This document shows, piece after piece, positions 1 through 9,376 of a DNA stretch of 64,000 nt (positions are counted from its first letter, which is position 1; every line of letters begins with the position of its first letter). Under the pieces are notes generated by a model that saw only the letters and a list, made by a program, of their open reading frames with translations, made no database searches and was not told where the DNA came from. The stretch comes from an uncultured Bacteroidales bacterium (GTDB lineage Bacteria; Bacillota_I; Bacilli_A; ML615J-28; CAG-698), in the NCBI GenBank assembly GCA_964516425.1, contig CAZFAM010000002.1:32181-96180 (forward strand), read 5' to 3'. The position numbers and the translations under genes are program-made.

Positions 1-224
1 CTTCTACTAGCAGCATATAATAACGCTTCTGTAATACTATCCATATTAGTATTATTAACATCTAAAATAACATTACGAATATCTTCAGCTATTTTACTGC
101 CACCTGGTTCACGTGTTTTAATAACCTTATAACCTTTATCAGTATAATGCTTTAATATATTTTCTATTAATGTTGTTTTTCCACTGCCTTCTGTTCCTTC
201 AAACGAAATAAATAATCCCTTCAT
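1..224 (-). CDS. tmk: Thymidylate kinase, N-terminal 74 codons (C-terminus runs off the left edge)
   Basis: My translation of the minus strand from ATG at 222-224 gives [54 protein letters not shown]...LLYAASR. This shows the P-loop and REPGG motifs typical of dTMP kinase. It is not in the ORF track because it is truncated. Confidence 0.85.
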   Translation of the reverse strand, partial: MKGLFISFEGTEGSGKTTLIENILKHYTDKGYKVIKTREPGGSKIAEDIRNVILDVNNTNMDSITEALLYAASR

Positions 225-285
225 ATTTAGCTCCTTATATTTTATTATTTTCATTATACCATACTTCCAAAAAAAAATAAAGATG

Positions 286-323
286 AAATAAAAAAAAGGA
301 TATAGTATTTAGTACTACATCCT
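286..323 (-). terminator. Rho-independent terminator downstream of truA
   Basis: An 11-bp stem (297-307 / 313-323, one G-U on the minus-strand RNA) is followed by a long U tract (A run 285-297 on plus). It overlaps the truA stop codon. Confidence 0.6.
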
Positions 324-1047
324 AATATTCAACATTAACTAAGTATAACCCATTTGCGGGGGCTAGTTTGGGTGCTAATGTGCGGTTTTTTTGTTTCAAT
401 ATATTTTCTAGTTCTTGAAATGTAAGACGCTCATTACCAACTTCTATAAGCATTGCTACAATAATACGAATCATATTATGTAAAAATCCATTACCTGTAA
501 AATATATACTTACTTCATTATCTTTGATATCGAATGTTATATCATATATTGTTCGAATAGTATTTTCAGTTATATGATTTTTAGTAAATGATTTAAAATC
601 ATGTTCTCCAATAAATATTTTACTTGCTTCCATCATTTTTGATATATCTAGTTTATATTTATAATAATAGCAATAATTTTGTTTTAAAGGATTATATTCA
701 TTTAAATTAATAACATACTTATATGTTTTTTTATGAACACTATATCGCGCATGAAAACTATCATTCACAATTTCAACTTCTTTGATATATATATCACGAG
801 GTAAACGCGAATTAATAGCATTTTTCATTTGCCACTCTTGCATTGCAATTTCCGTATCAAAATGAAATACTTGCCCTAATGCATGCACTCCTGTATCCGT
901 TCTTCCCGATGAATGAATACTAATTTTCTTTTTACAAATTATTAGTAAAACTTGTTCTATTTCTTGTTGAATAGTACGTAAATTATTTTGAGTTTGAAAG
1001 CCATGAAAATTAGTGCCATCATATTGAACTATTGCTTTATAACGCAT
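322..1047 (-). CDS. truA: tRNA pseudouridine(38-40) synthase TruA
   Basis: MRYKAIVQYDGTNFHGFQTQ and GRTDTGVHA (catalytic Asp motif) are present. It sits directly after ecfT as in Bacillus. I moved the start to the ATG at 1045-1047, since the 14-codon extension in the ORF track overlaps ecfT. Confidence 0.9.
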   Translation of the reverse strand: MRYKAIVQYDGTNFHGFQTQNNLRTIQQEIEQVLLIICKKKISIHSSGRTDTGVHALGQVFHFDTEIAMQEWQMKNAINSRLPRDIYIKEVEIVNDSFHARYSVHKKTYKYVINLNEYNPLKQNYCYYYKYKLDISKMMEASKIFIGEHDFKSFTKNHITENTIRTIYDITFDIKDNEVSIYFTGNGFLHNMIRIIVAMLIEVGNERLTFQELENILKQKNRTLAPKLAPANGLYLVNVEY

Positions 1048-1048
1048 C

Positions 1049-2041
1049 TTATAACACCTTATATATCTTTCCAAATATAATTCCCACAATTACTAAACAT
1101 ACAAACAAATATACTAAAATATCAGAAATATGATATTTCAAAACTTGTAGTTTTGTACGATCCTCACCTGGTATATATCCCCTAGCTTCCATTGCATAAG
1201 CAAGGTCTTCCGCTTTTTTATATGAGATAACAAACATTGGAACAAGCAAAGATATTATTTGATTAATTTTATCTTTTAGACTTCCTTCTTCAAAATCAAC
1301 CCCACGAGAAGCTTGGGCTTTTAATATTTTTTTACTTTCATTTAACAAAGTAGGAATAGAACGCAAGGCAATGGAAATCATCATTGCTAAAATGCTAATT
1401 TGTGATTTCATAAATTTAAAAGGTTTTAACACTCCTTCAATACCACTATTTAAATCAGTAGGCTTTGTACAAAATGTAAGTAAAGCAGATAATGTTAATA
1501 AATTAATTACTCTTAATAATACTTTAATTCCTGAATTAAAGGCATTCTCATGAATACTAATTGTATAATTAACTATTATATAATCATTAAAATTTATTGT
1601 TTGAACATAAAAAATTAATATTAATATTATTACAAATAATAGTATGCGAAACTTTTTAATTATTTTTCCACTATATAAATATAAAATTAATAATACTATT
1701 CCAATCATTAAACTAATAATACTTAAAGTAAAATCGTGTGTTAATAATAATCCGTTAATAGATAATATATCACCACTTGTATTAAATAATATTTGAAAAA
1801 TAAAAGTAAAAATCAATAACATAGCTACAGCTTTAAAACTATTTAAAAATTTATTAATTGGTATTCTAGTACTTAACACAATTATTAATTCAAAAATAAA
1901 AAATCCAATTAATATATAAATATTATTTATTAAAAACAAACATATCATTAATGTAAATAAAGATAATATTTTAGTTCTTGGATCTAATCGATGAACCCAC
2001 GAATCCACATTCACATATTGGCCGAAAACCATACTATTCAT
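1049..2041 (-). CDS. ecfT: Energy-coupling factor transporter transmembrane subunit EcfT (unusually long)
   Basis: The protein is polytopic and membrane-bound. It has an N-terminal HRLDPRTK motif and a C-terminal ARG...coupling-helix region (MEARGY). It occupies the ecfA1-ecfA2-ecfT-truA position. The ATG at 2039-2041 is preceded by AGGTAGGTG, whereas the track start is a GTG. Confidence 0.85.
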   Translation of the reverse strand: MNSMVFGQYVNVDSWVHRLDPRTKILSLFTLMICLFLINNIYILIGFFIFELIIVLSTRIPINKFLNSFKAVAMLLIFTFIFQILFNTSGDILSINGLLLTHDFTLSIISLMIGIVLLILYLYSGKIIKKFRILLFVIILILIFYVQTINFNDYIIVNYTISIHENAFNSGIKVLLRVINLLTLSALLTFCTKPTDLNSGIEGVLKPFKFMKSQISILAMMISIALRSIPTLLNESKKILKAQASRGVDFEEGSLKDKINQIISLLVPMFVISYKKAEDLAYAMEARGYIPGEDRTKLQVLKYHISDILVYLFVCLVIVGIIFGKIYKVL

Positions 2042-2960
2042 GTTGTTCACCTACCTTTTCTTTTATTTCTAAAAAGGCATCTTCTAAATTATATTGATAT
2101 ACATTTAAATTTAAGTTAAGTTTTTCATTTAATTGCTTCATTAAGGTAACTATCGTAGGATATCCTAAATGACAATTATTAATAATTTCATCTTCCTTAA
2201 ATAATTGTTCTTTTGAACCATCATACATTAAATGACCACCCTTTAAAACAATAACTCTTTTGACATATTCACTAACAACATCCATATCGTGAGTGATTAG
2301 AATAATAGTTTTATGTTGTTCGGTATTAATTTTTTGTAACAATTGTAATAATTCTTTTTTTGCAATTGGATCTAAACCAACAGTTGGTTCATCTAAAACT
2401 AATACATCAGGATTGCTTGCTAAAATACCCGCAATAGCAACTTTACGCATTTGCCCACCACTTAATGCAAATGGGCTTTTATCTAATAAATCACTAATTC
2501 CCATCAAAGCACTAACCTTTTTTACAGTGTCATCATGATTATTTTTTTTATCAAAATTCTTAGGTCCAAATAAGATATCCTTATATACTGTTTCTTCAAA
2601 TATTTGGTACTCAGGAAATTGGAAAACTAACCCTGTATATTGACGTAATGGTTTTAATGGAAATTTTAGTTTTGGTTTTTTTATTAATTGTTTACGATAT
2701 TTTTTAGAGTTTTCGCTAGCTGTAATAGTTTTATCAATAATATATTTATTAATTTCTATTTTTCCAGAGCTTAGAAAATTTAAAGCATTTAATAATTGTA
2801 CTAACGTTGATTTACCACTACCTGTGTGCCCAACAATTGCTATAAATTCATCTTGGCCATTAATATCAATGGAAATATCTTGCAAACTAAACTTAATATT
2901 TTCTTTTAACTTTTTAGGCACATAGTATGCAAAGTTTACTTTTGATAACTTAATTCCCAT
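2034..2960 (-). CDS. ecfA2: ECF transporter ATPase subunit EcfA2
   Basis: Walker A GHTGSGKST, signature LSGGQMRKVAIAG, Walker B VLVLDEPTVGLD and H-loop ITHDM are present. It is the second ATPase of the ecf operon. Confidence 0.85.
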   Translation of the reverse strand: MGIKLSKVNFAYYVPKKLKENIKFSLQDISIDINGQDEFIAIVGHTGSGKSTLVQLLNALNFLSSGKIEINKYIIDKTITASENSKKYRKQLIKKPKLKFPLKPLRQYTGLVFQFPEYQIFEETVYKDILFGPKNFDKKNNHDDTVKKVSALMGISDLLDKSPFALSGGQMRKVAIAGILASNPDVLVLDEPTVGLDPIAKKELLQLLQKINTEQHKTIILITHDMDVVSEYVKRVIVLKGGHLMYDGSKEQLFKEDEIINNCHLGYPTIVTLMKQLNEKLNLNLNVYQYNLEDAFLEIKEKVGEQHE

Positions 2961-3742
2961 AATGCTTTAATTATTTCATCCTTTCTAGCTACATTTGATG
3001 ATTCAATTTTTTCGATTAATTTCATACTTTCCAGTATATCTAAATTACTTTCTTTTAATATTTTTGTTTGCGTAAATACTTCTTCTAAAGTGCCATCTAA
3101 TACAACTTTTCCTTGATTCATAACTATTACTCGATCACAATATTTAGCTTCTAAAAGATTATGAGTAATAGATATTATTGTTTTTTCTTTTTTTAACTTA
3201 TTAATAATGTCTAATATTTCTCTAACACCTTGAGGGTCTAACATTGATGTTGCTTCATCAAATATTATTATTTCGGGATTCATTGCTAAAACACCCGCAA
3301 TGGCAACACGTTGTTTTTCACCACCACTTAATTGTTCAGGATTGTTTTCTAAAAATTTTTCCATTGAAACTTTAGTAGAATATTCCTTTACTAAACTTTG
3401 CATAGTACTAGAATCTACATTTCTATTTTCTAATCCAAAAGCTATATCATCTTTTACAGTTACACCCACAAATTGATTATCAGGATTTTGAAAAACAATA
3501 CCAATATTTTTTCTGATTTCGTTGATGTTTTGTTCGTTCATCTCTAATCCATTAATATAAATTGAGCCTGATTTAGGTTCTAACAATCCTACAAGTAGTT
3601 TAGATAATGTACTTTTACCACTACCATTATGCCCAAGTATGCAAACATACTCTCCTTTATTTATACTTAAAGTAACATCGTTCACAGCTTGTGCTTCTTT
3701 AGAATATTGATATGTTAAATTTTTTGTTTCTATTATACTCAT
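2936..3742 (-). CDS. ecfA1: ECF transporter ATPase subunit EcfA1
   Basis: Walker A GHNGSGKST, signature LSGGEKQRVAIAG, Walker B IIIFDEATSMLD and ITHNL are present. The start is reset to the ATG at 3740-3742 (MSIIETKNL), which is preceded by AAAGGTGAT. Confidence 0.85.
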   Translation of the reverse strand: MSIIETKNLTYQYSKEAQAVNDVTLSINKGEYVCILGHNGSGKSTLSKLLVGLLEPKSGSIYINGLEMNEQNINEIRKNIGIVFQNPDNQFVGVTVKDDIAFGLENRNVDSSTMQSLVKEYSTKVSMEKFLENNPEQLSGGEKQRVAIAGVLAMNPEIIIFDEATSMLDPQGVREILDIINKLKKEKTIISITHNLLEAKYCDRVIVMNQGKVVLDGTLEEVFTQTKILKESNLDILESMKLIEKIESSNVARKDEIIKALWELSYQK

Positions 3743-3800
3743 AATATCACCTTTTAATAATCCTATATATTGTACCACTATTTACATGCTTTTGCAAATA

Positions 3801-4511
3801 TTAATTTCTTTGGTAAATTTGTTCGAGTGTTATTTCTCCATAAAATATTTCTTGTAATATATTACCCTTTTTAATAAGTAAATTCCCATTATTTGTTATA
3901 TCGATAATTTCTACTTCTTGATTATTATAAAATGCTTTTTTCTCTTTTAAATAATTATTTTTTTTACATATATTTAAAAAAGAATAGTTATTTCGAAGGA
4001 AATCATTATATAAAGTGTTAAAATTACTTATTACCCCATTCATTATCTTCATTTTATCAAATGATGTATGTAATTCTTTGTTTAACGACGTAGCTTTATA
4101 TTGTATCTCTTCATCAAATATTTCTTGATTAATATTTATTCCTATTCCCACAATTATTGCTTCAACTTTTTTTGATGAAACACCTTCAACTAATATTCCA
4201 CAAATCTTTTTATCATTAACCATTATATCATTAGGCCATTTAATACTGCAGTTTATATATTGACTAATTGTTAAATATACACTAGCACCCATAACTAATG
4301 ATATTAATGGTATCAATAATTCTTGAACATTCGGTTTTAATAAAATTGAAAATGTTAACGAACCATTATCCGCAAACCACTTTCTCTGCATTCTTCCTTT
4401 ACCATCGGTTTGTTTATCAGTATACACAACAGTAAAATCATCGAATTTTTGATAGTTATCTTTTAAATATTTATTTGTGGATGGTAGTGTATTAAATTGT
4501 AGTACTTTCAT
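3801..4511 (-). CDS. birA: Biotin--[acetyl-CoA-carboxylase/biotin carrier] ligase, group I (no N-terminal HTH)
   Basis: It contains the motif DKQTDGKGRMQRKWFADNGSLTFSILL (GRGRxGR-like biotin-binding loop) and KWPNDI. At 236 aa it starts directly in the catalytic domain. Confidence 0.8.
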   Translation of the reverse strand: MKVLQFNTLPSTNKYLKDNYQKFDDFTVVYTDKQTDGKGRMQRKWFADNGSLTFSILLKPNVQELLIPLISLVMGASVYLTISQYINCSIKWPNDIMVNDKKICGILVEGVSSKKVEAIIVGIGININQEIFDEEIQYKATSLNKELHTSFDKMKIMNGVISNFNTLYNDFLRNNYSFLNICKKNNYLKEKKAFYNNQEVEIIDITNNGNLLIKKGNILQEIFYGEITLEQIYQRN

Positions 4512-4559
4512 TCATTTTTTCCTCTATTTATTATTATAATGTAAATACTCATAAAACGC

Positions 4560-4590
4560 AAGAAAAGGATTTGATATTACTCAAATCCTT
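4560..4590 (-). terminator. Rho-independent terminator after the decarboxylase beta-subunit gene
   Basis: A 10-bp stem (4565-4574 / 4581-4590) is followed on the minus strand by a U-rich run. Confidence 0.5.
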
Positions 4591-4596
4591 ACATTT

Positions 4597-5964
4597 TTAT
4601 CCAAACATATTAATTAATAAACCAGCTGCAACAGCAGATCCAATTACACCCGCAACATTTGGTCCCATAGCATTCATAAGTAAGAAGTTTGTTGGGTCTT
4701 CTTTTACACCTTCTTTATGAACAACACGAGCTGCCATTGGAACAGCAGATACACCAGCTGCACCAATCATTGGGTTAATCTTTCCGCCAGATAATTTACA
4801 CATTAACTTACCAACTAATACACCACCAGCTGTAGCAAAGCTAAATGCGAAAATACCTAATGCAAATATCTTTAGTGTTTCAATATTTAAGAATGTATCT
4901 GCAGAAGCTGTAGCTCCAACGCATAAACCTAAAATTATTGTAACGATATATAATAATGCATTTCCTGCTGTTTCAACTAATTTTGGTACAACACCAGATT
5001 CTTTAATTAAGTTACCAAACATTAAGCAACCAATTAATGGAGCACATGATGGAATAAGTATTGTAACAACAACAGTAACTAAAATTGGGAATATTATTTT
5101 TTCAACTTTGGAAACTGTTCTTACTTGATCCATTTTAATTAAACGTTCTTCTTTAGTAGTTAATAAACGAATAATTGGAGGTTGAATAAATGGTACTAAT
5201 GCCATATAACTATATGCAGTAATAGATATAGCAGGTAATAAGTGTGGTGCTAGTTTTGTAGTTGTTAAAATGGCTGTTGGACCATCAGCACCACCAATAA
5301 TACCAATTGACGCAGCTTCTGGACCTGTGAAACCAATTAACAATGCAAACAAGAAGGCAATAAAAATACCTAATTGTGCAGCAGCACCTAATAACATACT
5401 TTTTGGATTACCAATTAATGGTCCAAAGTCTGTTGTTGCACCAATACCCATAAATATTAAACATGGATAAATTTCTTTCTTTACTCCAATATATAAAGCA
5501 CCTAACAAACCAGTAAATTCGTATGTTGTTAAAACTGATAAAACATTAGCTTGTTCTTCCGCAACAATTGTTAAAGAAGCAAAATCTGTTAACGCACCAT
5601 TATCAACTAATAATGCAATAACCTCGCTTAATTGTACTCGCCCATCAAGTGCAATTTTTAGTTCATTAAAGATAGCTTCACTTTCAGCACTTGTTATATT
5701 TAAATATAACGCTAATGAATTTACATCATAATAATTATCACAATTTACGACACTTTTTAAATATATCTCTGCCCCAGGAAAATTTACTAATAACATACCA
5801 AATGAAATTGGAATTAATAAATATGGTTCTGCTTCTTTAAATATTGCTAAATACAATAAAAAGCAAGCTAAAGCAATCATTACTAAACATTTCCAATTAC
5901 CATCTTGAAAAATATGTGCAATACCTGTTGATTGGGCAAAATCTCTAATTATATCCCAAACCAT
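4597..5964 (-). CDS. oadB: Na+-translocating decarboxylase beta subunit (OadB/GcdB/MmdB family)
   Basis: It is a polytopic protein with the conserved blocks FMGIGATTDFGPL, IIGGADGPTAI, AYSYMALVP.IQPPI and SAVPMAARV..., all as remembered from OadB. Confidence 0.8.
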   Translation of the reverse strand: MVWDIIRDFAQSTGIAHIFQDGNWKCLVMIALACFLLYLAIFKEAEPYLLIPISFGMLLVNFPGAEIYLKSVVNCDNYYDVNSLALYLNITSAESEAIFNELKIALDGRVQLSEVIALLVDNGALTDFASLTIVAEEQANVLSVLTTYEFTGLLGALYIGVKKEIYPCLIFMGIGATTDFGPLIGNPKSMLLGAAAQLGIFIAFLFALLIGFTGPEAASIGIIGGADGPTAILTTTKLAPHLLPAISITAYSYMALVPFIQPPIIRLLTTKEERLIKMDQVRTVSKVEKIIFPILVTVVVTILIPSCAPLIGCLMFGNLIKESGVVPKLVETAGNALLYIVTIILGLCVGATASADTFLNIETLKIFALGIFAFSFATAGGVLVGKLMCKLSGGKINPMIGAAGVSAVPMAARVVHKEGVKEDPTNFLLMNAMGPNVAGVIGSAVAAGLLINMFG

Positions 5965-5970
5965 ATTATC

Positions 5971-6309
5971 TTATCCTACAATAATTAATACTTCTTGATT
6001 AACGACTGCTTGACCTTTACTAACTCTTACTTCTTTAACTGTTCCTGAAACTGTTGAAACAACTTCATTTTCTAGTTTCATTGCTTCTAAAATAGCAATT
6101 GTTTGACCTCTTTCAACTTTATCTCCTGCAGCGACTTTAACATCTAAAATTGTACCAGCCATAGGTGATTTTACTTCTTGATCACCAGCTGCATGAGCAA
6201 CTACTTGTTCACTTTTCTTTTCTACAACGATAGAACCTTCTTTTTCAGTAACACTTTCAATTTCAACTTCATAAACTTTTCCGTTTACTTTAACTTTATA
6301 AATTTTCAT
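5971..6309 (-). CDS. Stand-alone biotin carboxyl carrier (biotinyl domain) protein
   Basis: The 112-aa protein has a C-terminal biotinyl-lipoyl fold and the biotinylation motif LEAMKLENE. Confidence 0.8.
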   Translation of the reverse strand: MKIYKVKVNGKVYEVEIESVTEKEGSIVVEKKSEQVVAHAAGDQEVKSPMAGTILDVKVAAGDKVERGQTIAILEAMKLENEVVSTVSGTVKEVRVSKGQAVVNQEVLIIVG

Positions 6310-6321
6310 AATTATCTCCTC

Positions 6322-6633
6322 TTATTTAACTTCCTTTATAGACACAAGTCTTGCGTCTTTACATTTTGTTTCTTCAACGAAATTAGCAGTAGCAACTAGT
6401 GCTGCAACCATCATATCTTCATCTTTAATATCTTCAATTGAAAATTTTTTTGTTGTCTTAACTACCGGTTTAGGTGTTTTAACTTCAGCATCATTTTTAA
6501 AAGGAATGCGAGAAACTAATTTAATGCATATAACTAATAATGTTAGCATTAAAAAGACAATAACAATTGCGATAATTGAAAATACTAATCCTTCAATAAA
6601 GCTAATATCTTCATTACTGACTAAAAATAACAT
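6322..6633 (-). CDS. OadG-like small membrane (gamma) subunit of the decarboxylase
   Basis: The 103-aa protein has a single N-terminal TM helix and lies between the carboxyltransferase and the biotin carrier. The assignment rests on position and topology. Confidence 0.5.
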   Translation of the reverse strand: MLFLVSNEDISFIEGLVFSIIAIVIVFLMLTLLVICIKLVSRIPFKNDAEVKTPKPVVKTTKKFSIEDIKDEDMMVAALVATANFVEETKCKDARLVSIKEVK

Positions 6634-6641
6634 TTTTCCTC

Positions 6642-8015
6642 CTATCCAATGTAAAGATTTACTTCTGTAATTTCATCTTCACTATACTTTTGTTTTAAGA
6701 ATTTTACAGCTTTAGCTTCAAATAATGCACATGTTAATACATCTTCTTCGCTTCTAACTAAATCTTTATATTTTTCTTTAAATGCTTCAAACTGAGGTTC
6801 TATTTTATCGGCTGGACGATAAGTTATAACTTCATCATCACCAATAATTTTCTTGCGTATTGCTTCATCAACTGGAGCTGGACTTTGACCATATAATCCG
6901 TGTAAATATTCTTTAATTTCATTAGGTACCATTTTATATCTTTCACCTGTCATAACATTTAAAACAGCTTGTGTACCAACCATTTGCGATAATGGTGTAA
7001 CAAGTGGTGGGTATCCTAATTCTTTTCTAACTCTTGGAACTTCTTTTAAAACTTCATCATATTTATCCATTGCATTTTGTTGCTTTAATTGATTCATTAA
7101 ATTTGATAACATTCCTCCAGGAACTTGATATTTCAAAATGCTTGGATTTGATGTTAAAGCTTTAGGATTTAATAAACCGTTTGCTAAATACTTATCTTTA
7201 ACTTTTGTCATCTTATCAGCAGCTTTCTTTAATGCCTCAATATTTAAATTTGTATCATATTTTGTTCCTTGTAATGAATAAACAAATGATTCTGTACATG
7301 GTTGACTTGTGCCTCCACTTAATGGTGATAATGCAGTATCAATAATATCCACACCTGCTTCAATAGCTTTCATGTATGCCATTTCCGCAATTCCACCTGT
7401 GCAATGTCCGTGTAATTCAATTGGTAATTTTGTGTTTTTCTTTAATTCACTAACTAATCTATAGGCATCTTCTGGTAAAATAACACCAGCCATATCTTTA
7501 ATGCATAATGAATCAGCACCCATTTTTTCAACTTCTTTTGCTAGTTCAACATAATACTCAACTGTATGTACTGGGCTTGTAGTGTAACTTAATGCTATTT
7601 GACAATGACCACCAAATTTTTTTGTAGCTTCAACAGCACTTCTTAAATTTCTAACATCATTTAATGCATCAAACACTCTAATAATATCAATACCATTTTC
7701 TAATGACTTTTGAACAAACTTTTCTACAACATCATCCGCATAATGTTTATATCCTAAGATATTTTGTCCTCTAAATAACATTTGTAATTTTGTTTTTTTG
7801 CATTTTTGTTTTATTAATTTTAATCTCTCCCATGGATCTTCATTCAAAAAACTAATACAACTATCAAATGTTGCACCACCCCAAACTTCTAAAGCATAAT
7901 ATCCAGCGTTATCAAGTTCTTCTAATGCACTGCATACTTCTTCAGTTGTCATTCTAGTAGCAAACAATGATTGATGCCCATCTCTAAGGGCGGTTTCTAC
8001 TATTTTTACTCCCAT
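6642..8015 (-). CDS. oadA: Oxaloacetate decarboxylase alpha subunit / 5S-type carboxyltransferase (no fused biotin domain)
   Basis: It has an HMGL-like TIM barrel with the motif ETALRDGHQS, plus CIKDMAG and HGHCTGG. The start is reset to the ATG at 8013-8015, preceded by GGAGGAGAC. Confidence 0.85.
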   Translation of the reverse strand: MGVKIVETALRDGHQSLFATRMTTEEVCSALEELDNAGYYALEVWGGATFDSCISFLNEDPWERLKLIKQKCKKTKLQMLFRGQNILGYKHYADDVVEKFVQKSLENGIDIIRVFDALNDVRNLRSAVEATKKFGGHCQIALSYTTSPVHTVEYYVELAKEVEKMGADSLCIKDMAGVILPEDAYRLVSELKKNTKLPIELHGHCTGGIAEMAYMKAIEAGVDIIDTALSPLSGGTSQPCTESFVYSLQGTKYDTNLNIEALKKAADKMTKVKDKYLANGLLNPKALTSNPSILKYQVPGGMLSNLMNQLKQQNAMDKYDEVLKEVPRVRKELGYPPLVTPLSQMVGTQAVLNVMTGERYKMVPNEIKEYLHGLYGQSPAPVDEAIRKKIIGDDEVITYRPADKIEPQFEAFKEKYKDLVRSEEDVLTCALFEAKAVKFLKQKYSEDEITEVNLYIG

Positions 8016-8142
8016 AATGTCTCCTCCCGTAACAATAGTTCCACAAAAAACCAAAAATAGTATAACATACTATCACTATTTTTTCAAAGTTTTTAAAATT
8101 ATTGATTTTATTTTCTTAATTGAATTTTAATTTAATAATCAA

Positions 8143-9282
8143 TTATTTCCTCTTTATTTGCTTCGCTTTTTGCTTTTCTTTTACATTAAAATCCTTTAGC
8201 ATTTGAAATACATTACTAAAAATTACTTTATCTAACAACAATTCTCTTAATGTATCATCTAAAACTTTTCTTTCTTTTTTATCAATTCGTAAATATGATT
8301 TTATTAGTCCTAATTTGTTAGCATTTAATTCTGATAATGTACTAGACTTTGTATAAACTAAAGCATTATATAATGTATCGGTAAATCTTTCTCGTGTTGA
8401 AAAATCCATATTTTCTAACATCGTTTGAATTTTATTTTCTATATATGTACTATCTTTATTTCTACATTTTGCTTGTTTAAAATGATTTATATCTACTTCC
8501 CAACTAAATATATCATGTTGATACAATCCATGACTATCAGAAGAAACGAGATAATGTTCTTCATAATGATTAAATAAATATCCAACAATTGATGTGTCAC
8601 CACCATATGTTATTATTTTTTCACATTGTTTAATTTGTTTTTTATTTAGCTTTTCAGAAAAACCTTGGCCATCGAAATTATATACTTTTATAACTTTATT
8701 TTGGGATTCAGAGTTGGCATATATATAGCTATGCATTGCCAAATGGCCGCCTTTAGAATGTCCTGTTATAATAATTTTATTATTACGTGAGCTTATATAT
8801 TCAACATATTTTACTGCTTCTTCTTGAGCAGGCGTTGGAAAACAATGAATCATATTTAAATTTTCTTTCCACCCTACTAATGTATCATCAGTTCCTGAAA
8901 ACACAACAATTATTTTATCATTTATTTTTATAGAAAAAGCTGTAAATTGAATTTCTCTTTGAGTACATATATCACTTATATAATTTGTGATTTCTAAATC
9001 TTTAAAACGTCGAGTGTTAGATACATTTTCAAGTAATGTTACAATATCGATTGGAACTACTAAACCTATCATTTTCATAATTTCTTTTTTGAATGGATGC
9101 AGTTGTTTACCTACATCTTCTATTGTTATTTTATCATCACTTTCAAGGCATGGCATTTTAATGTATTTTTCAAATGGTATCATAATTAATTGCGATAAAA
9201 TTGCTAAATCAATTTCATTAATCTCTTCTTGTTCAAAAGTTAAATCACAACGCCATTTTACATAATCAAATATTTTATCCAT
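8143..9282 (-). CDS. Mbeg1-like (DUF2974) alpha/beta-hydrolase-fold protein
   Basis: It contains FSGTDDTLVGWKENLNM and the nucleophile elbow GHSKGG. The start is reset to the ATG at 9280-9282, preceded by AGGAG. Confidence 0.6.
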   Translation of the reverse strand: MDKIFDYVKWRCDLTFEQEEINEIDLAILSQLIMIPFEKYIKMPCLESDDKITIEDVGKQLHPFKKEIMKMIGLVVPIDIVTLLENVSNTRRFKDLEITNYISDICTQREIQFTAFSIKINDKIIVVFSGTDDTLVGWKENLNMIHCFPTPAQEEAVKYVEYISSRNNKIIITGHSKGGHLAMHSYIYANSESQNKVIKVYNFDGQGFSEKLNKKQIKQCEKIITYGGDTSIVGYLFNHYEEHYLVSSDSHGLYQHDIFSWEVDINHFKQAKCRNKDSTYIENKIQTMLENMDFSTRERFTDTLYNALVYTKSSTLSELNANKLGLIKSYLRIDKKERKVLDDTLRELLLDKVIFSNVFQMLKDFNVKEKQKAKQIKRK

Positions 9283-9376
9283 TAATATACTCCTACAATT
9301 ATTATACAACAATTTTTTTAAAAAATATAATATAAATAAAAAAAATCTAGTTACATATATAACTAGATTTCTGTTT

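Noticed and set aside
1048-1089. N-terminal extensions in the ORF track (truA, ecfA1, oadA, Mbeg1-like, SDR, pmbA, parA, degV, spoVT, fhs, DUF951, 48874 ORF)
   Set aside because: The upstream extensions lack an RBS, start at GTG or TTG in several cases, and overlap the preceding gene. Internal ATGs sit behind clear Shine-Dalgarno sequences and match the conserved N-termini of the families, so I reset the starts.
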